DNA of 64,000 nucleotides from an uncultured cyanobacterium (GTDB lineage Bacteria > Cyanobacteriota > Cyanobacteriia > Cyanobacteriales > Cyanobacteriaceae): positions 1-64,000 of the forward strand of contig CAVQBA010000002.1 in assembly GCA_963710605.1 (NCBI GenBank). The letters run 5' to 3'. Under the pieces are notes generated by a model that saw only the letters and a program-made list of their open reading frames with translations, was not told where the DNA came from and ran no database searches. Numbering within the stretch: the stretch's first letter is position 1; the number at the start of each line of letters is the position of its first letter. Shown here one piece after another: positions 22,101 to 31,666 of the stretch. The position numbers and the translations under genes were made by a program.

Positions 22101-22651
22101 GTTGCGTATTCTATATTCCGAGCTTTAATTTCATTTTGTAAAATTTGCTTGACAACTGCTCGTTCTTGTGCGGTTAAGCTTTGTCCATTCGTATTAGCTA
22201 ATGCCGCTTCAATAATTGCCGAGTTATCTGATTGCCCCCGAAAACCAAAACCCATTTGATCAATTTTGATTCCATAGTTAACTTCGGTCGCTTTTAATTC
22301 TGATTCAGATTGATTAACTAACTGTTTACGTCCACTACCAACGGTTTCAAATGCTCCGACTAATAACAAAACGATCGTTAATAATGATTGTACTCCTAAG
22401 AAAACTAAGAGTTGTTTTTTCCGAATCGAGAGGTCATAAAACCACTTTACAAGTGGAGAAGATAAAGGTTTTTGAGTTTTTTGAGCGTTAGTTTTTCTCC
22501 TCGTCGAATTAGTAATGGGGCTAGTTGTCGGTGTAACTCCATTACGATTATCAACGATAGTTACTGGAGAAGTAACCGACGATGACGATGACGATAAAGA
22601 TGAAGACGACTTTGATGTATCCAAACTTGGTCTTTCTGGTGCTTGAGTCAT
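19199..22651 (-). CDS. Methyl-accepting chemotaxis protein with HAMP and two GAF domains (PixJ-like)
   Basis: Two TM segments, HAMP, GAFs with DPC motifs (the second has DPCF..CH), and MCP signalling domain ASIEAARAGEQGQGFAV. Confidence 0.92.
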   Translation of the reverse strand: MTQAPERPSLDTSKSSSSLSSSSSSVTSPVTIVDNRNGVTPTTSPITNSTRRKTNAQKTQKPLSSPLVKWFYDLSIRKKQLLVFLGVQSLLTIVLLLVGAFETVGSGRKQLVNQSESELKATEVNYGIKIDQMGFGFRGQSDNSAIIEAALANTNGQSLTAQERAVVKQILQNEIKARNIEYATLVGVNKRIIVNANNDRTGEVFDPNNLVSQVINNPQQIKTSEIISWQDIKKESPPVLSELTANEDVLVRNTVTPVFRPNTQEIIGVLVSGDVIGQTKNTIVETTVAEFDGGYNAIYLAEGENNFRLLTARGENENQTDEGIVNDRLLQLALENPNEIVSARDQVVDTKYTLTAQAILNNENNPIGVLVRGTSESNLRQIIANALKTQAQVALLLFVISVFIIILMSRTIADRIESLQKTTAKFADGQYDSRANIIGEDEVGDLAVTFNYLADNILKNESLLLLDANQAALFQQITGAQTIDEDDINRVFNNTLSEAKEILAIDRLVIYRFKPDWSGYISNEAGEDDLPSALEEEINDPCIPFELRQAYVNGRIFATENVYQAGFAPEHEGLMHRLQIKSNLVVPIISQGKLFGLLIAHHCRQHHTWENREKAFLEQLSVRYGVILDRVNLLKNQIKATIKAEQLKDVTTTLAVTLEREEVLSSTVKAVRSALECDRTIVYEFDNDWTGTIVAESVAPGYPKAIGSTIKDPCFADKYVARYEQGRVQSTPDIDKAGLTDCHLQQLRPFKVKANLVAPILVNGKLIALLICHQCSSARYWQPEEIDLYTQISTQVGLALERIRLSDLQQKSETEQREGRLLLQQRALELLMQVDPVSQGDLTIRATVTEDEIGTIADSYNATIENLRAIVTQVQSTALQVTQTTTNRQQEVDLLQTEISGQVLNISEALEKVNVMNNSSKIVAQSAQQAEQALAQAQETVEMGEGAMNSTVKSITNIRGTVQQATEQMRRLGDTTENISNVVGLISRFAAQTHLLALKASIEAARAGEQGQGFAVIADEVRSLATQSARATADIEKLVSDILTETKTVVLAMEEGSDLVIEGSGLVEETRKSLTKITSITLQVNELVESIALAAFEQSENSEEVKTKITDVAQVALKTNLSVNQLSESFIELRGLANQLESNVSQFKVN

Positions 22652-22668
22652 AACAAAGGATGAGGAAT

Positions 22669-22806
22669 GAGTAAGGAGTAAGGAGTAAGGACTAAGAATG
22701 AGGGATGACGGATGAGGGAGGAAGTAAAAAGTAAAAAGTAAAAAGTAAGGACTCTTTTAGCTTATTACTTATAGCTCATAGCTTTTAATTGTCAATTGTC
22801 AATTAT
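22669..22806. repeat. STRR heptamer arrays (AGTAAGG, AGTAAAA, AATTGTC)
   Basis: Tandem 7-mers are visible between the two MCP genes. Confidence 0.7.
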
Positions 22807-22807
22807 T

Positions 22808-25456
22808 TTAATCAACTTTAAATTTACTAACACTTCGTTGTAAGTTTTCCGATACACGAAGTAGTTTTTTGAAAGTTTGAGATACTTCCTTCACAGCTTC
22901 GGAGGTTTGGTCAGAAATTCCCGCTACATCGGTCATTGTTTCGGAGATATTTTCTGAGGTTTCTGATTGTTGAGCGGCAGAAGAAGCAATCGCAGATACT
23001 AGTTGACTAATTTGAGCAGAAGCGGCGGTAATATCGGTCAAAGAAGCACGGGTTTCTTCGACTAATCGAGTACCTTCAACTACTTGCTGAGTACCTGATT
23101 CCATCGCTTGTACCACTTCGTTTGTTTCTGCTTGAATCTCGGCAACTACTTTACTAATTTCAGCGGTTGCATCGGCTGATTGACGAGCTAGAGAACGAAC
23201 TTCTTCTGCTACTACCGCAAAACCTCTACCTTCTTCTCCTGCGTGTGCGGCTTCGATCGAAGCGTTTAAAGCAAGTAGGTTAGTTTGGTCAGCAAAACTA
23301 CTAATTAGGTTAACTACTTTAGAAATTTTCTGGGTCGATTCTCCTAAACGTTTTACTTTTTTGGCTGTTTCGGCTACCGTTTCTCTGATTCCTAAGATAC
23401 CGTCAACTGTACGGTTCATCGCTACTTCACCTTCTTCTACACTGCGGTTTGCTTGTGCTACGGCGGTTTCTGCTTGCTCGGCGTTATCTAGTACTGTGCG
23501 AGCGGAGAAGGCTAAGGTTTGTACTTGTTGTAAAGCACTACTAATTTCATCGGCTTGACGAGTAATCTCATCAGCTAGGTTAGCAACATAGTCTTCTTGT
23601 TGGACTACCACATCATTTACTGCTTGTGTACCACCTTTTACTTGGGTAACAATTACTCTTAAACTTTCAATCGTCGCATTGTATGAGTCAGCGATAGTAC
23701 CGATTTCATCTTCGGTTACATTAGCTCTGATCGTTAAATCTCCTTGAGAAACAGGATCAACTTGCATCAGTAATTCTAAAGCTCGTTGTTGAATTGTCTC
23801 TCTTGCTTGTCTTTGTTCTAATTCCGAATCTAGTTGACGATTAAGTAAATTAATTCAATCTAAAGCAGGACCAATTTGAGTCGCTAATTGAGCTAAGAAA
23901 TTACATTCAGAAACTGACCATTCACGGGGGGCATCACATTGATGAGCAATTAGTAAGCCGAGTAAATTACCATCAACAATAACGGGGGTAACTAAATTGG
24001 CTTTCACGCTGAAAGGTTCTAGTTGTTTGATGTGGCAACTAGTCAAACCTGCGGTATAAATATTATTTGTTGCTTGTACTCTTCCTTGAAGATATTTATC
24101 AACATACTTTTCAGCAAAACAGGGATCTTTAATCGCCGAGCCAAGGGCTTCAGGGTATCGTGGATCGACTGATTCGGTGATAATTGTACCTTTAAAATCT
24201 TCATCAAAAGTATAAATAATAATTCGATCGCATCGAAGTGCTTCTCTTCCTTGTGTTGTTGCTACTTCAAACACTTTTTCTTGGTTTAAACATTCGGCGA
24301 TAGAAAAGGTAACATCTTTAAGTTTTTGAGCTAATAATGTATCTAACTGTTGTGTCTCAAGTAACATTACTCTTTCTAAGGCTGGCCCATCTGAGTTGCT
24401 GTTTGCCCTAAAAAGTCAATTTCTTGAGTTGTCCAATTTCTTGGTGCAGAACAATTATGAGAAATTAGCAGTCCTAACAATTTATTATTCGCAATAATCG
24501 GAGCGACTAAATTAGCTTTAACTTGAAATGGCTCTAATTGTTTGAGGTGACAGTCTGTTAATCCTGCTTTATAAATATCTGGTGTTGATTGTACTCTACC
24601 GTTAAGATATTTTTCGACATAGCTTTCAGCAAAACAAGGATCAAAAATTTGAGCCCCCAAAGCTTCTAGGATATTTTCTATTAACAGATTCAGCAATAAT
24701 TGTTCCTTGCCATTTTTCATCAAAAGCATAGACGACAACACGATCGGAGTTGATAGCGTCTCTAATTTGATTAACAGCAATTTCAAATACCTCATTAACA
24801 TTAAATGCTTTAGTCATTTCTAAGGTAATGTTTTTGAGCATATCAGATTGACGAGCAAAATTTTGTTGTTCTAACAAAAGAGTTTTTAACTGAGATGTCA
24901 TGTTATTGATACTATCGCCTAACTGAGCAATTTCATCATCCCCTTGAACATCAATCCGTAAATCTAAATCTCCTGAACTTATTCTTTTAACTCCCTCTGA
25001 GGTTTTTTTAATTGGTGCTAAAATCTGCTTAGTTAATAGATAAGCCAGAAAAGCCGCCCCTGCCCCAGAGACTAAGATACCCAGAAGAGTAGAAGCCCAA
25101 ATACTATTAGTGGCTATATCTTTTGCTTTTTCATATACCGCAACAACTTCTTCATTACTTTCTTGCTCTATCTGATTTTCGATACTATTTGAGATTGTTA
25201 AAGTTTCGATTGTACTCACCGCTAATAGAGGTAAAATACTTAACAAAACAGCGGTAAGGGTTGTCTTAAAACGAATACTTTGCTTACCCCACCATGAAGA
25301 ATCTTGTTCTTTTCTTTGCTCATCAATTTGTATTTGAGGCTCACTAGAAATTAAATAATCCTCTATAGATGAAGACGTATTAATCGTATTTAAACTAGGA
25401 TCAGAAATAGTTGGTTTAGTTTTTTGTTCTGGTTGCTGTGGAGATGTTTGAGTCAT
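22808..25456 (-). pseudogene. Cyanobacteriochrome-GAF MCP (PixJ1-like), disrupted
   Basis: Four ORF pieces join into TM-HAMP-GAF(DPCF..CH)-GAF(DPCF..CH)-MCP. Lesions: +1 near 24668, -1 near 24386, and an in-frame TGA at 23855-23857. Confidence 0.88.
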
Positions 25457-25662
25457 TGAGTTTTCCTCGAAATATTAATATGGGTAAAATTAATTTTTTA
25501 TTGCTTGGTGAGTCAGAGGATGATTTGACAATCTTTGTTAGCTAAATATATTAGCTCATAATATATTAGTAATTCTAACTTATTAGATACTTTATTTTTA
25601 TGATACTTCAGCTAGTTGATGATAAAGCCTTGATATTTATTTTGCCCGTAAATTTATTTTTC

Positions 25663-26787
25663 TTAGCATTCAAAATTGAATTGATTAATAAAACTAAAAT
25701 CTAACCACTCTTTTACATACCATAAAATAGACGATTTGTAACCTATTTTGCCCCACATTGCTATCGCTTTTTTATCTCCTGTGCCAATTATATTTAAGTA
25801 TTTTTGCTGAGGTTTATATTTACTTAAAGATTGACTACTTAGATATTTATCTAAATTTCGTAATAGGGGTTTACCTTGACGAACCGCAAAAACACCAGCT
25901 TTTGGTCGATCGTAATTAATCATCGTCGCAATATCTCCTGTGGCAAAAATATAATCATAATTGATACTTTGTAATGTATCTTTAACTAAAATAAAGCCAT
26001 TTTGATCGGTACTAATTAAATTATCGATTAACCAAATAGGTGCTTGTGCTTGAGTTACTAAAAATGTATAATCAGAGTCAATTTTTATTCCTTGTTTACT
26101 AATAATTTGTGTCTTAGTTACTTGTTCGATTTCAGTTTCTAAATAAAGATTGATTTGACGATTATTTAGTACTTGTGTTAATTGATTACTAATCCATTTA
26201 TTTTGATTAGTTAAAATTCTTTCTCCTCGATGAATTAAATTAATTGTTAGTTGATTACTCGCCAAAATATTAATTAATCGATGGTGCATATTTAAAGCTA
26301 ATTCAACTCCGCCTGCACCACCACCAATGATACTAATTGTGACGGGGGATTGAGGGTTATTTTGACAAATTTCAATTATTTGTTGCCATTTATGCCATAA
26401 TTGCGGAACAGGTTTAGCAGGGGTAGCATACAATTTAGCCCCTTCGATCGTACTTTTTTTTGGTGTGCTACCAATATCGATCGATAATAGATCAAAGTTA
26501 ACTATTTTGCCAGATTCACAAATAATTTGTTTTTGGTCTGGTTTAATATTAATAACACGATCGATCACTAATTTTACATTAGCAAATTGAGCGAGTTTTT
26601 CTAAATTTATATGAGCTTGTTCATAGCTATAATATCCTGCTATCAAACCCGGTAACATTCCCGAATAAGGAGTATATTTAACATCACTAATTAAAGTAAC
26701 TTGCACATCTGGATGTTTTGTTTGTTTCCATATTTTTTTAAGTGCGATCGCATGGCTATGTCCACCACCAATAAAGACAAGATTCAT
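25663..26787 (-). CDS. FAD-dependent pyridine nucleotide-disulfide oxidoreductase (like the N-terminal domain of SelD fusions)
   Basis: GGGHSH, YSGMLPG, GGGAGGVE, FATGD, PKAGVFAVRQG. Confidence 0.85.
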   Translation of the reverse strand: MNLVFIGGGHSHAIALKKIWKQTKHPDVQVTLISDVKYTPYSGMLPGLIAGYYSYEQAHINLEKLAQFANVKLVIDRVINIKPDQKQIICESGKIVNFDLLSIDIGSTPKKSTIEGAKLYATPAKPVPQLWHKWQQIIEICQNNPQSPVTISIIGGGAGGVELALNMHHRLINILASNQLTINLIHRGERILTNQNKWISNQLTQVLNNRQINLYLETEIEQVTKTQIISKQGIKIDSDYTFLVTQAQAPIWLIDNLISTDQNGFILVKDTLQSINYDYIFATGDIATMINYDRPKAGVFAVRQGKPLLRNLDKYLSSQSLSKYKPQQKYLNIIGTGDKKAIAMWGKIGYKSSILWYVKEWLDFSFINQFNFEC

Positions 26788-26791
26788 CAAT

Positions 26792-26979
26792 AGTTAAGAG
26801 TAAGGAGTAAGGAGTAAGGAGTAAGGAGTAAGGAGTAAGGAGTAAGGAGTAAGGAGTAAGGAGTAAGGAGTAAGGAGTAAGGAGTAAGGAGTAAGGAGTA
26901 AGGAGTAAGGAGTAAGGAGTAAGGAGTAAGGAGTTAAGAGTAAGGAGTAAGGAGTTAAGAGTAAGGAGTTAAGAGTTAA
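26792..26979. repeat. Long STRR array (AGTAAGG)n, about 27 units
   Basis: Directly visible heptamer tandem repeat with AGTTAAG variants at both ends. Confidence 0.95.
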
Positions 26980-27057
26980 AACAGGTACTCTTGCAAAAGG
27001 TATCAAGTGTATCTATTTTAGCTAAAAGCAAAGAGCTAACTAAAAGAAATTAATTGT

Positions 27058-28020
27058 TCATTGTTCATTGTTCATTGCTAATTGTTTATTTTTTATCGCT
27101 CGTCGTCTTAACTCGTAGCTACAAAAGATGAGTAATGAGACAATTAAGGGTATAAAATAATATATACCACGATAAGCTAATAATACTCCTAATAAATCAC
27201 TAGCAGGAATTAAAGGGGAAAGTAAAGTAATTATAACTGTTTCAAATATTCCTAATCCACCTGGTACATTACTAATAATTCCTGTAATTTGAGCTAGTAA
27301 ATAAATACCAAAAAAACTAATAAAAGAAATATGTTTAGGTACAGGTAACAATACATATAATACTGCCGAGGCAAATATCCAATCAAAAGAAGTTAGAAAA
27401 ATTTGAGCCAGACATAGTTTAAATGAAAGATGAGGAAATACCCAATTTTTAATTTTTAAAGGTTTTTTACTGAAAGCAGAAAAAGCTAGATAAGTAGTAA
27501 TAATCAGTAAAAAAACTACTCCTAAAGGAAATACAGAAATAAAAGGTAAATTAAGTTGGGGAGGAATCTCTAAAGGAATGAACGTAAAAATAATACCACC
27601 GACAGCCAATAATCCTAACCAAAAACTGAGATTACAAAAACTAATGATGTGGGCAATATTAACCGCAGAAACACCCCAAGCTGAGTAAAAACGATAACGA
27701 ATAGCACTACCACTAAGTAAAGCAAAACCAACACTATTACTGATGCCATAACTAATAATTGCCACTAGACTACTACGGCGATAAGATAAACGTTTACGGA
27801 TATAACGAAGGGCTAATGTATCATATCCTGTAAGTAAAAAGTAGTTGCATCCAGTTAAAATAATCGCCCAGATTAAGTATTGGTTGGGGATAGCTTTGAG
27901 ACTACTGATAATATCTTGTAAGCGATATTTGTGTAGCTGTTGAGAAATCGCCCAAACACAAAGGGTAAGTACTAAAACACTAATAAAAATAGGGACAGTT
28001 TTACTTAATTTTTTGAACAA
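27058..28020 (-). CDS. MprF-type lysylphosphatidylglycerol synthase transmembrane (flippase-like) protein
   Basis: GYDTLA, LSGSAIRYRFY, PGGLGIFE, LLAYRGIYY; multi-TM. Confidence 0.85.
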   Translation of the reverse strand: MFKKLSKTVPIFISVLVLTLCVWAISQQLHKYRLQDIISSLKAIPNQYLIWAIILTGCNYFLLTGYDTLALRYIRKRLSYRRSSLVAIISYGISNSVGFALLSGSAIRYRFYSAWGVSAVNIAHIISFCNLSFWLGLLAVGGIIFTFIPLEIPPQLNLPFISVFPLGVVFLLIITTYLAFSAFSKKPLKIKNWVFPHLSFKLCLAQIFLTSFDWIFASAVLYVLLPVPKHISFISFFGIYLLAQITGIISNVPGGLGIFETVIITLLSPLIPASDLLGVLLAYRGIYYFIPLIVSLLIFCSYELRRRAIKNKQLAMNNEQ

Positions 28021-28136
28021 AGAAGTGATTTTCCATTGAGAAATTGTTGGGTAATAATATATATAAGTAGTAACACAAAATTAGTTGGATGTTTTAATAC
28101 TCAAAGTGCGATCGAGCAAACATTTACTCTCGTCAA

Positions 28137-28210
28137 GGGTGTAAGCCGTCTTGGTGGACGTTCCCTTGCGACTTGTCGTCGTCGCGGGATTCCACCGCTT
28201 ACACCCCTAC
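28137..28210 (-). repeat. GTAG-REP with a GC-rich hairpin nested in its loop
   Basis: GGGTGTAAGC...GCTTACACCC-CTAC arms enclose GGTGGA/TCCACC and GCGAC/GTCGC stems. Confidence 0.65.
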
Positions 28211-28345
28211 AAAGTCATTCTACAAATAATTTTGCATAGGTACTTAGCAGAGAATGAGTTGGTCAGGACATTATTAAAAAGTGCTCATCTTTGCCATATA
28301 AGAATTTTACGCCAATCAATGGAGTATCCCCCCCATCCCTACGCA

Positions 28346-28523
28346 GGGCTGTTTCATTCAAAGGAAGAATAAAATAGCTATCTGCTCATAATAAATAGCT
28401 AGAAGCTATTACTCGATCGATCGAGAGTGGTTACATTTTCTTTTTACGAAAGCCAAAAAAACCGCCACATTTACTGCCATTTCTTGGTTCTAAAAATGAC
28501 AAAAATAAGACATGAAACAGCCC
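28346..28523. mobile_element. 178-bp MITE
   Basis: Perfect 12-bp terminal inverted repeats GGGCTGTTTCAT / ATGAAACAGCCC; no ORF. Confidence 0.65.
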
Positions 28524-28686
28524 CTCCCCGATGCGGGGGGAGATTCGGGGTTTTAAACCCGTGACTTTTCGATCAGTACAAGTTACTAAATTGCGATCGT
28601 GCTTTGAAACATGAGATAGTTATAAATTGAATCTAAAAAAGATAATAATGAATAGATAATAACGATCGACTCTTAAATTATCATTT

Positions 28687-29598
28687 ATGTCGCTAATTTG
28701 GCAAAAAAGAATTATTATCATCCTAGGTGTTTTAGGTGTATCTATGGCACCTATTTTTATCCGTTTATGTCAGCGAGAAGTAACTCAAGTAACGATCGGT
28801 TTTAGCTTATTTATTGCCGCTAGTCGTTTAATTTTTACGGGCATTTTGTTAACGCCTACTTACGGTAATCTTAAAAAAGTTGATAATTCAAATAAACAAA
28901 TTACTTATGCGATCGCCGCAGGGGTTTGTTTGGCTTTCCATTTTGCTACTTGGATAACCTCTTTAAAGTTTACTTCTGTTGCCGCTTCAGTTAGTATCGT
29001 CACCACAAATCCTCTTTGGGTTGCTTTGTTATCTTGGTATTTTTGGCGACAGAAAATATCTCTTAAGACTTGGATCGGGATTTCGATCGCAATTGTTGGT
29101 AGTGTGATAGTTGCTTTTAGTGGCGAACAAATTGCTAATATTAGTAATAATCCTTTATTTGGAGCTATCTTAGCTTTAGTTGGTAGTTGGTGTGCTAGTG
29201 GATATATATTTTTAGGTACGATCGCACAACAAAAAGGTTTGGCTACAAATCAATATATTGCCATTGCTTATCTTACCGCCGCTATTTGTTTGTTTCCTAT
29301 GCCTTTACTTTTTGGTAGCGGTTATCTGGGTTATCCTACGATCGTTTATCTTTATATTATGCTGATGGCGATCGTTTCTCAAATTATCGGACATACTAGC
29401 CTCAATTGGTGCTTAAAGCATTTTTCACCGACTAGTGTTTCGATCTTAGTTTTGTTAGAGCCATTAATTTCTAGTGTACTGGTATGGTGGCTATTTACGG
29501 AAATACCATCTTTATCGGTTATCCTCGGCGGATTGATTTTATCGATCGGCGTTCTGATTTCTGTAACGAAGTCTAATAATAATGGTTTGTCGCAGTAG
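28687..29598 (+). CDS. DMT/EamA family transporter
   Basis: About ten hydrophobic helices with two EamA repeats (TTNPLWVAL; LLEPLISS). Confidence 0.9.
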   Translation: MSLIWQKRIIIILGVLGVSMAPIFIRLCQREVTQVTIGFSLFIAASRLIFTGILLTPTYGNLKKVDNSNKQITYAIAAGVCLAFHFATWITSLKFTSVAASVSIVTTNPLWVALLSWYFWRQKISLKTWIGISIAIVGSVIVAFSGEQIANISNNPLFGAILALVGSWCASGYIFLGTIAQQKGLATNQYIAIAYLTAAICLFPMPLLFGSGYLGYPTIVYLYIMLMAIVSQIIGHTSLNWCLKHFSPTSVSILVLLEPLISSVLVWWLFTEIPSLSVILGGLILSIGVLISVTKSNNNGLSQ

Positions 29599-29600
29599 CA

Positions 29601-29957
29601 GTAGGTTGGGTTGAGCCTCGGAGGATGTCACTATACACACGATATATAAAAAAAGCGAAACCCAACGACAAATACCCAAAACAAACCAACAAATCATTCT
29701 CTACCAACTTCATCGTTAAAAATAACTTCTTCATTTGCACCCCACATTAAATCGTAATCTTGACTTTGAACAAAGTAATAAAAACTAGAATATTGCCAGT
29801 CTTTGGGTGCTTTTACTAATTTATGACGAACAGGGTTGTAATGAATATAATTCAAATGATTAATAAAATCTTCTTCATCTTTAATTTGATGTTGGGTTTC
29901 GCTGATTATATTTCTTCAGATTTAAAGATAAGTTTTTTGTAGCTCAACCCAACCTAC
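29601..29957 (-). mobile_element. Deleted mini-REPtron: REP - 3' 200 bp of RAYT gene - REP
   Basis: REPs at 29601-29666 and 29891-29957. Region 29694-29893 is a near copy of 30776-30975. Confidence 0.8.
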
Positions 29958-30068
29958 TACTATTATTTAGTTGACTAATTGTTTGAGGATTTACACTATG
30001 GATATTACTGTTTGAGGTATGAGGGTTGACCAGATATTATTTACGCTATTATTTAATTGGTTTAGTGT

Positions 30069-30614
30069 TTGGAAATTGGAATTATGATTAAAATGACCAT
30101 TAGAGAATTGTTGAAAAGGTATGATGCTGGAGAAAGAGATTTCAGAAGAATTAATTTTGTTATTTCCGAAACTGGAAATTTCACAAGCCTTAGAAAACTT
30201 ATTTTGAGCGGAGTTGATTTGAGGTTCTCCTATTTTCATGGATTTGTTTTTTTCACCGAAGTTAACCTGAGTCATGCCAATCTCAGAGGAATTGATTTGT
30301 CCGAATGTAATATTGAGAGGGCTAACTTCAGTGGGGCTGACTTGAGCTTTTCTGATTTGAGTTTTTCCGATTTGAGTGGGGCTAATTTGAGTGGGGCTAA
30401 TTTGAGTGGGTCTATCCTTCAAGATACTGTTCTTTGGGAAGCCGACTTGAATAGGACTGATTTGAGTGGAGCTTGGTTGCATAATACCCGTTTTTTGGAA
30501 AATAATTTGACTAGAACTAATTTTAGTCATGTAAGGGATCTTGATTGTTGTGATTTGTCTAGTTGTATTTTCAACGAAACCATTATGTCTGATGGTATTA
30601 TTCGTAATAGTTGA
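30069..30614 (+). CDS. Pentapeptide repeat protein
   Basis: ELLKRYDAGERDF N-terminus, A(D/N)LSG repeats, TIMSDG C-terminus. The true start is probably the Met near 30093. Confidence 0.88.
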   Translation: MEIGIMIKMTIRELLKRYDAGERDFRRINFVISETGNFTSLRKLILSGVDLRFSYFHGFVFFTEVNLSHANLRGIDLSECNIERANFSGADLSFSDLSFSDLSGANLSGANLSGSILQDTVLWEADLNRTDLSGAWLHNTRFLENNLTRTNFSHVRDLDCCDLSSCIFNETIMSDGIIRNS

Positions 30615-30683
30615 TGAATTAAAATTATTTACATTTTGATTAAAACTTGTACTTGCTAAAAGATTAGTACGATCGTATCGCTT

Positions 30684-31563
30684 GTAGGTTGGGTTGAAGC
30701 CTCGGAAGGTTGAATATACATACGATACATAAAATAAAAGCGAAACCCAACGATAAATATAAAGAAACTAACAAATTATTCTCCACCAATTTCATCGTTA
30801 AAAATAACTTCTTCATTTGCACCCCACATTAAATCGTAATCTTGACTTTGAACATAGCGATGAAAACTAGAATATTGCCAATCTTTGGGTGCTTTTACTA
30901 ATTGATGACGAACGGGGTTGTAATGAATATAATTCAAATGATTAATAAAATCTTCTTCATCTTTAATTTGATGTTCCCAAAATCGACGTTGCCAAACACC
31001 CTTTTCTTTTTTGTTCTGTCTCGATAAATTAACATTTCTTTGAAATTGTCGATCGCAATTACGGCTAAAATAACTTTTGATTAATCGCCAACGAGTAGAA
31101 TAATCACTATCTTTTGAAGGTAAAGTCCACAGACAATGAATATGGTCTGGTAAAATAACAATTCCATCAATCGTAAAAGGATGTTTCCTGAGAACGTATC
31201 TAAAAGAATCTTTCAATAAATCAATATTTTTCGGCAGGCATAAAATTTTTTGTCTATGATGGGTAACTACAGTGAAAAAATAACATCCCCCTTCTATTTT
31301 TGCTCGACGATACTGCATAAAATAAATGTTTTTAGACTAGAAAATAATCTATTATACTAGGCTTCCCCCGATCGTTTATCTCAAAGTATATTGCTATCTA
31401 ATGTTGGGTTTCGTTGGTTATATATTTTCAGATTTCAAGATAAGTTTTTTGAGGCTCAACCCAACCTACTGCTTTAAAGTACATTACGATCTAATGTTGG
31501 GTTTTGCTGGTTATATATCTTTAGATTTTAAAGTCAAGTTTTTTGATACTCAACCCAACCTAC
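30684..31563. repeat. REP set flanking RAYT (30684-30751, 31403-31469, 31496-31563)
   Basis: GTAG-GTTGGGTT ... AACCCAAC hairpins with long loops, oriented inward. The last two form a ~93-bp tandem duplication. Confidence 0.85.
30776..31318 (-). CDS. REP-associated tyrosine transposase (RAYT/TnpA-REP, HUH)
   Basis: YFFTVVT, PDHIH (HUH), WQRRFWEH, YIHYNPV motifs; flanked by REPs. Confidence 0.92.
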   Translation of the reverse strand: MQYRRAKIEGGCYFFTVVTHHRQKILCLPKNIDLLKDSFRYVLRKHPFTIDGIVILPDHIHCLWTLPSKDSDYSTRWRLIKSYFSRNCDRQFQRNVNLSRQNKKEKGVWQRRFWEHQIKDEEDFINHLNYIHYNPVRHQLVKAPKDWQYSSFHRYVQSQDYDLMWGANEEVIFNDEIGGE

Positions 31564-31666
31564 TGCTACTATATTCGATCGTTATCTGTTGTTTATTCTC
31601 TCTGGTTATTAGATAATAAACAATAATTATATATATTCAATATTTAACAAAGCTTTAATTATATAA

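Noticed and set aside
14161-23558. Short plus-strand ORFs inside cheA and the MCP genes
   Set aside because: Short antisense shadows with no motifs; they cover only small parts of their host genes, unlike the 29991-30629 case.
26794-27006. 70-aa (LLTPYS)n ORF
   Set aside because: Translation artefact of the heptamer array.
31403-31563. Possible mini-CRISPR array
   Set aside because: The would-be spacers are homologous to each other; these are REPs beside a RAYT, with no cas genes.
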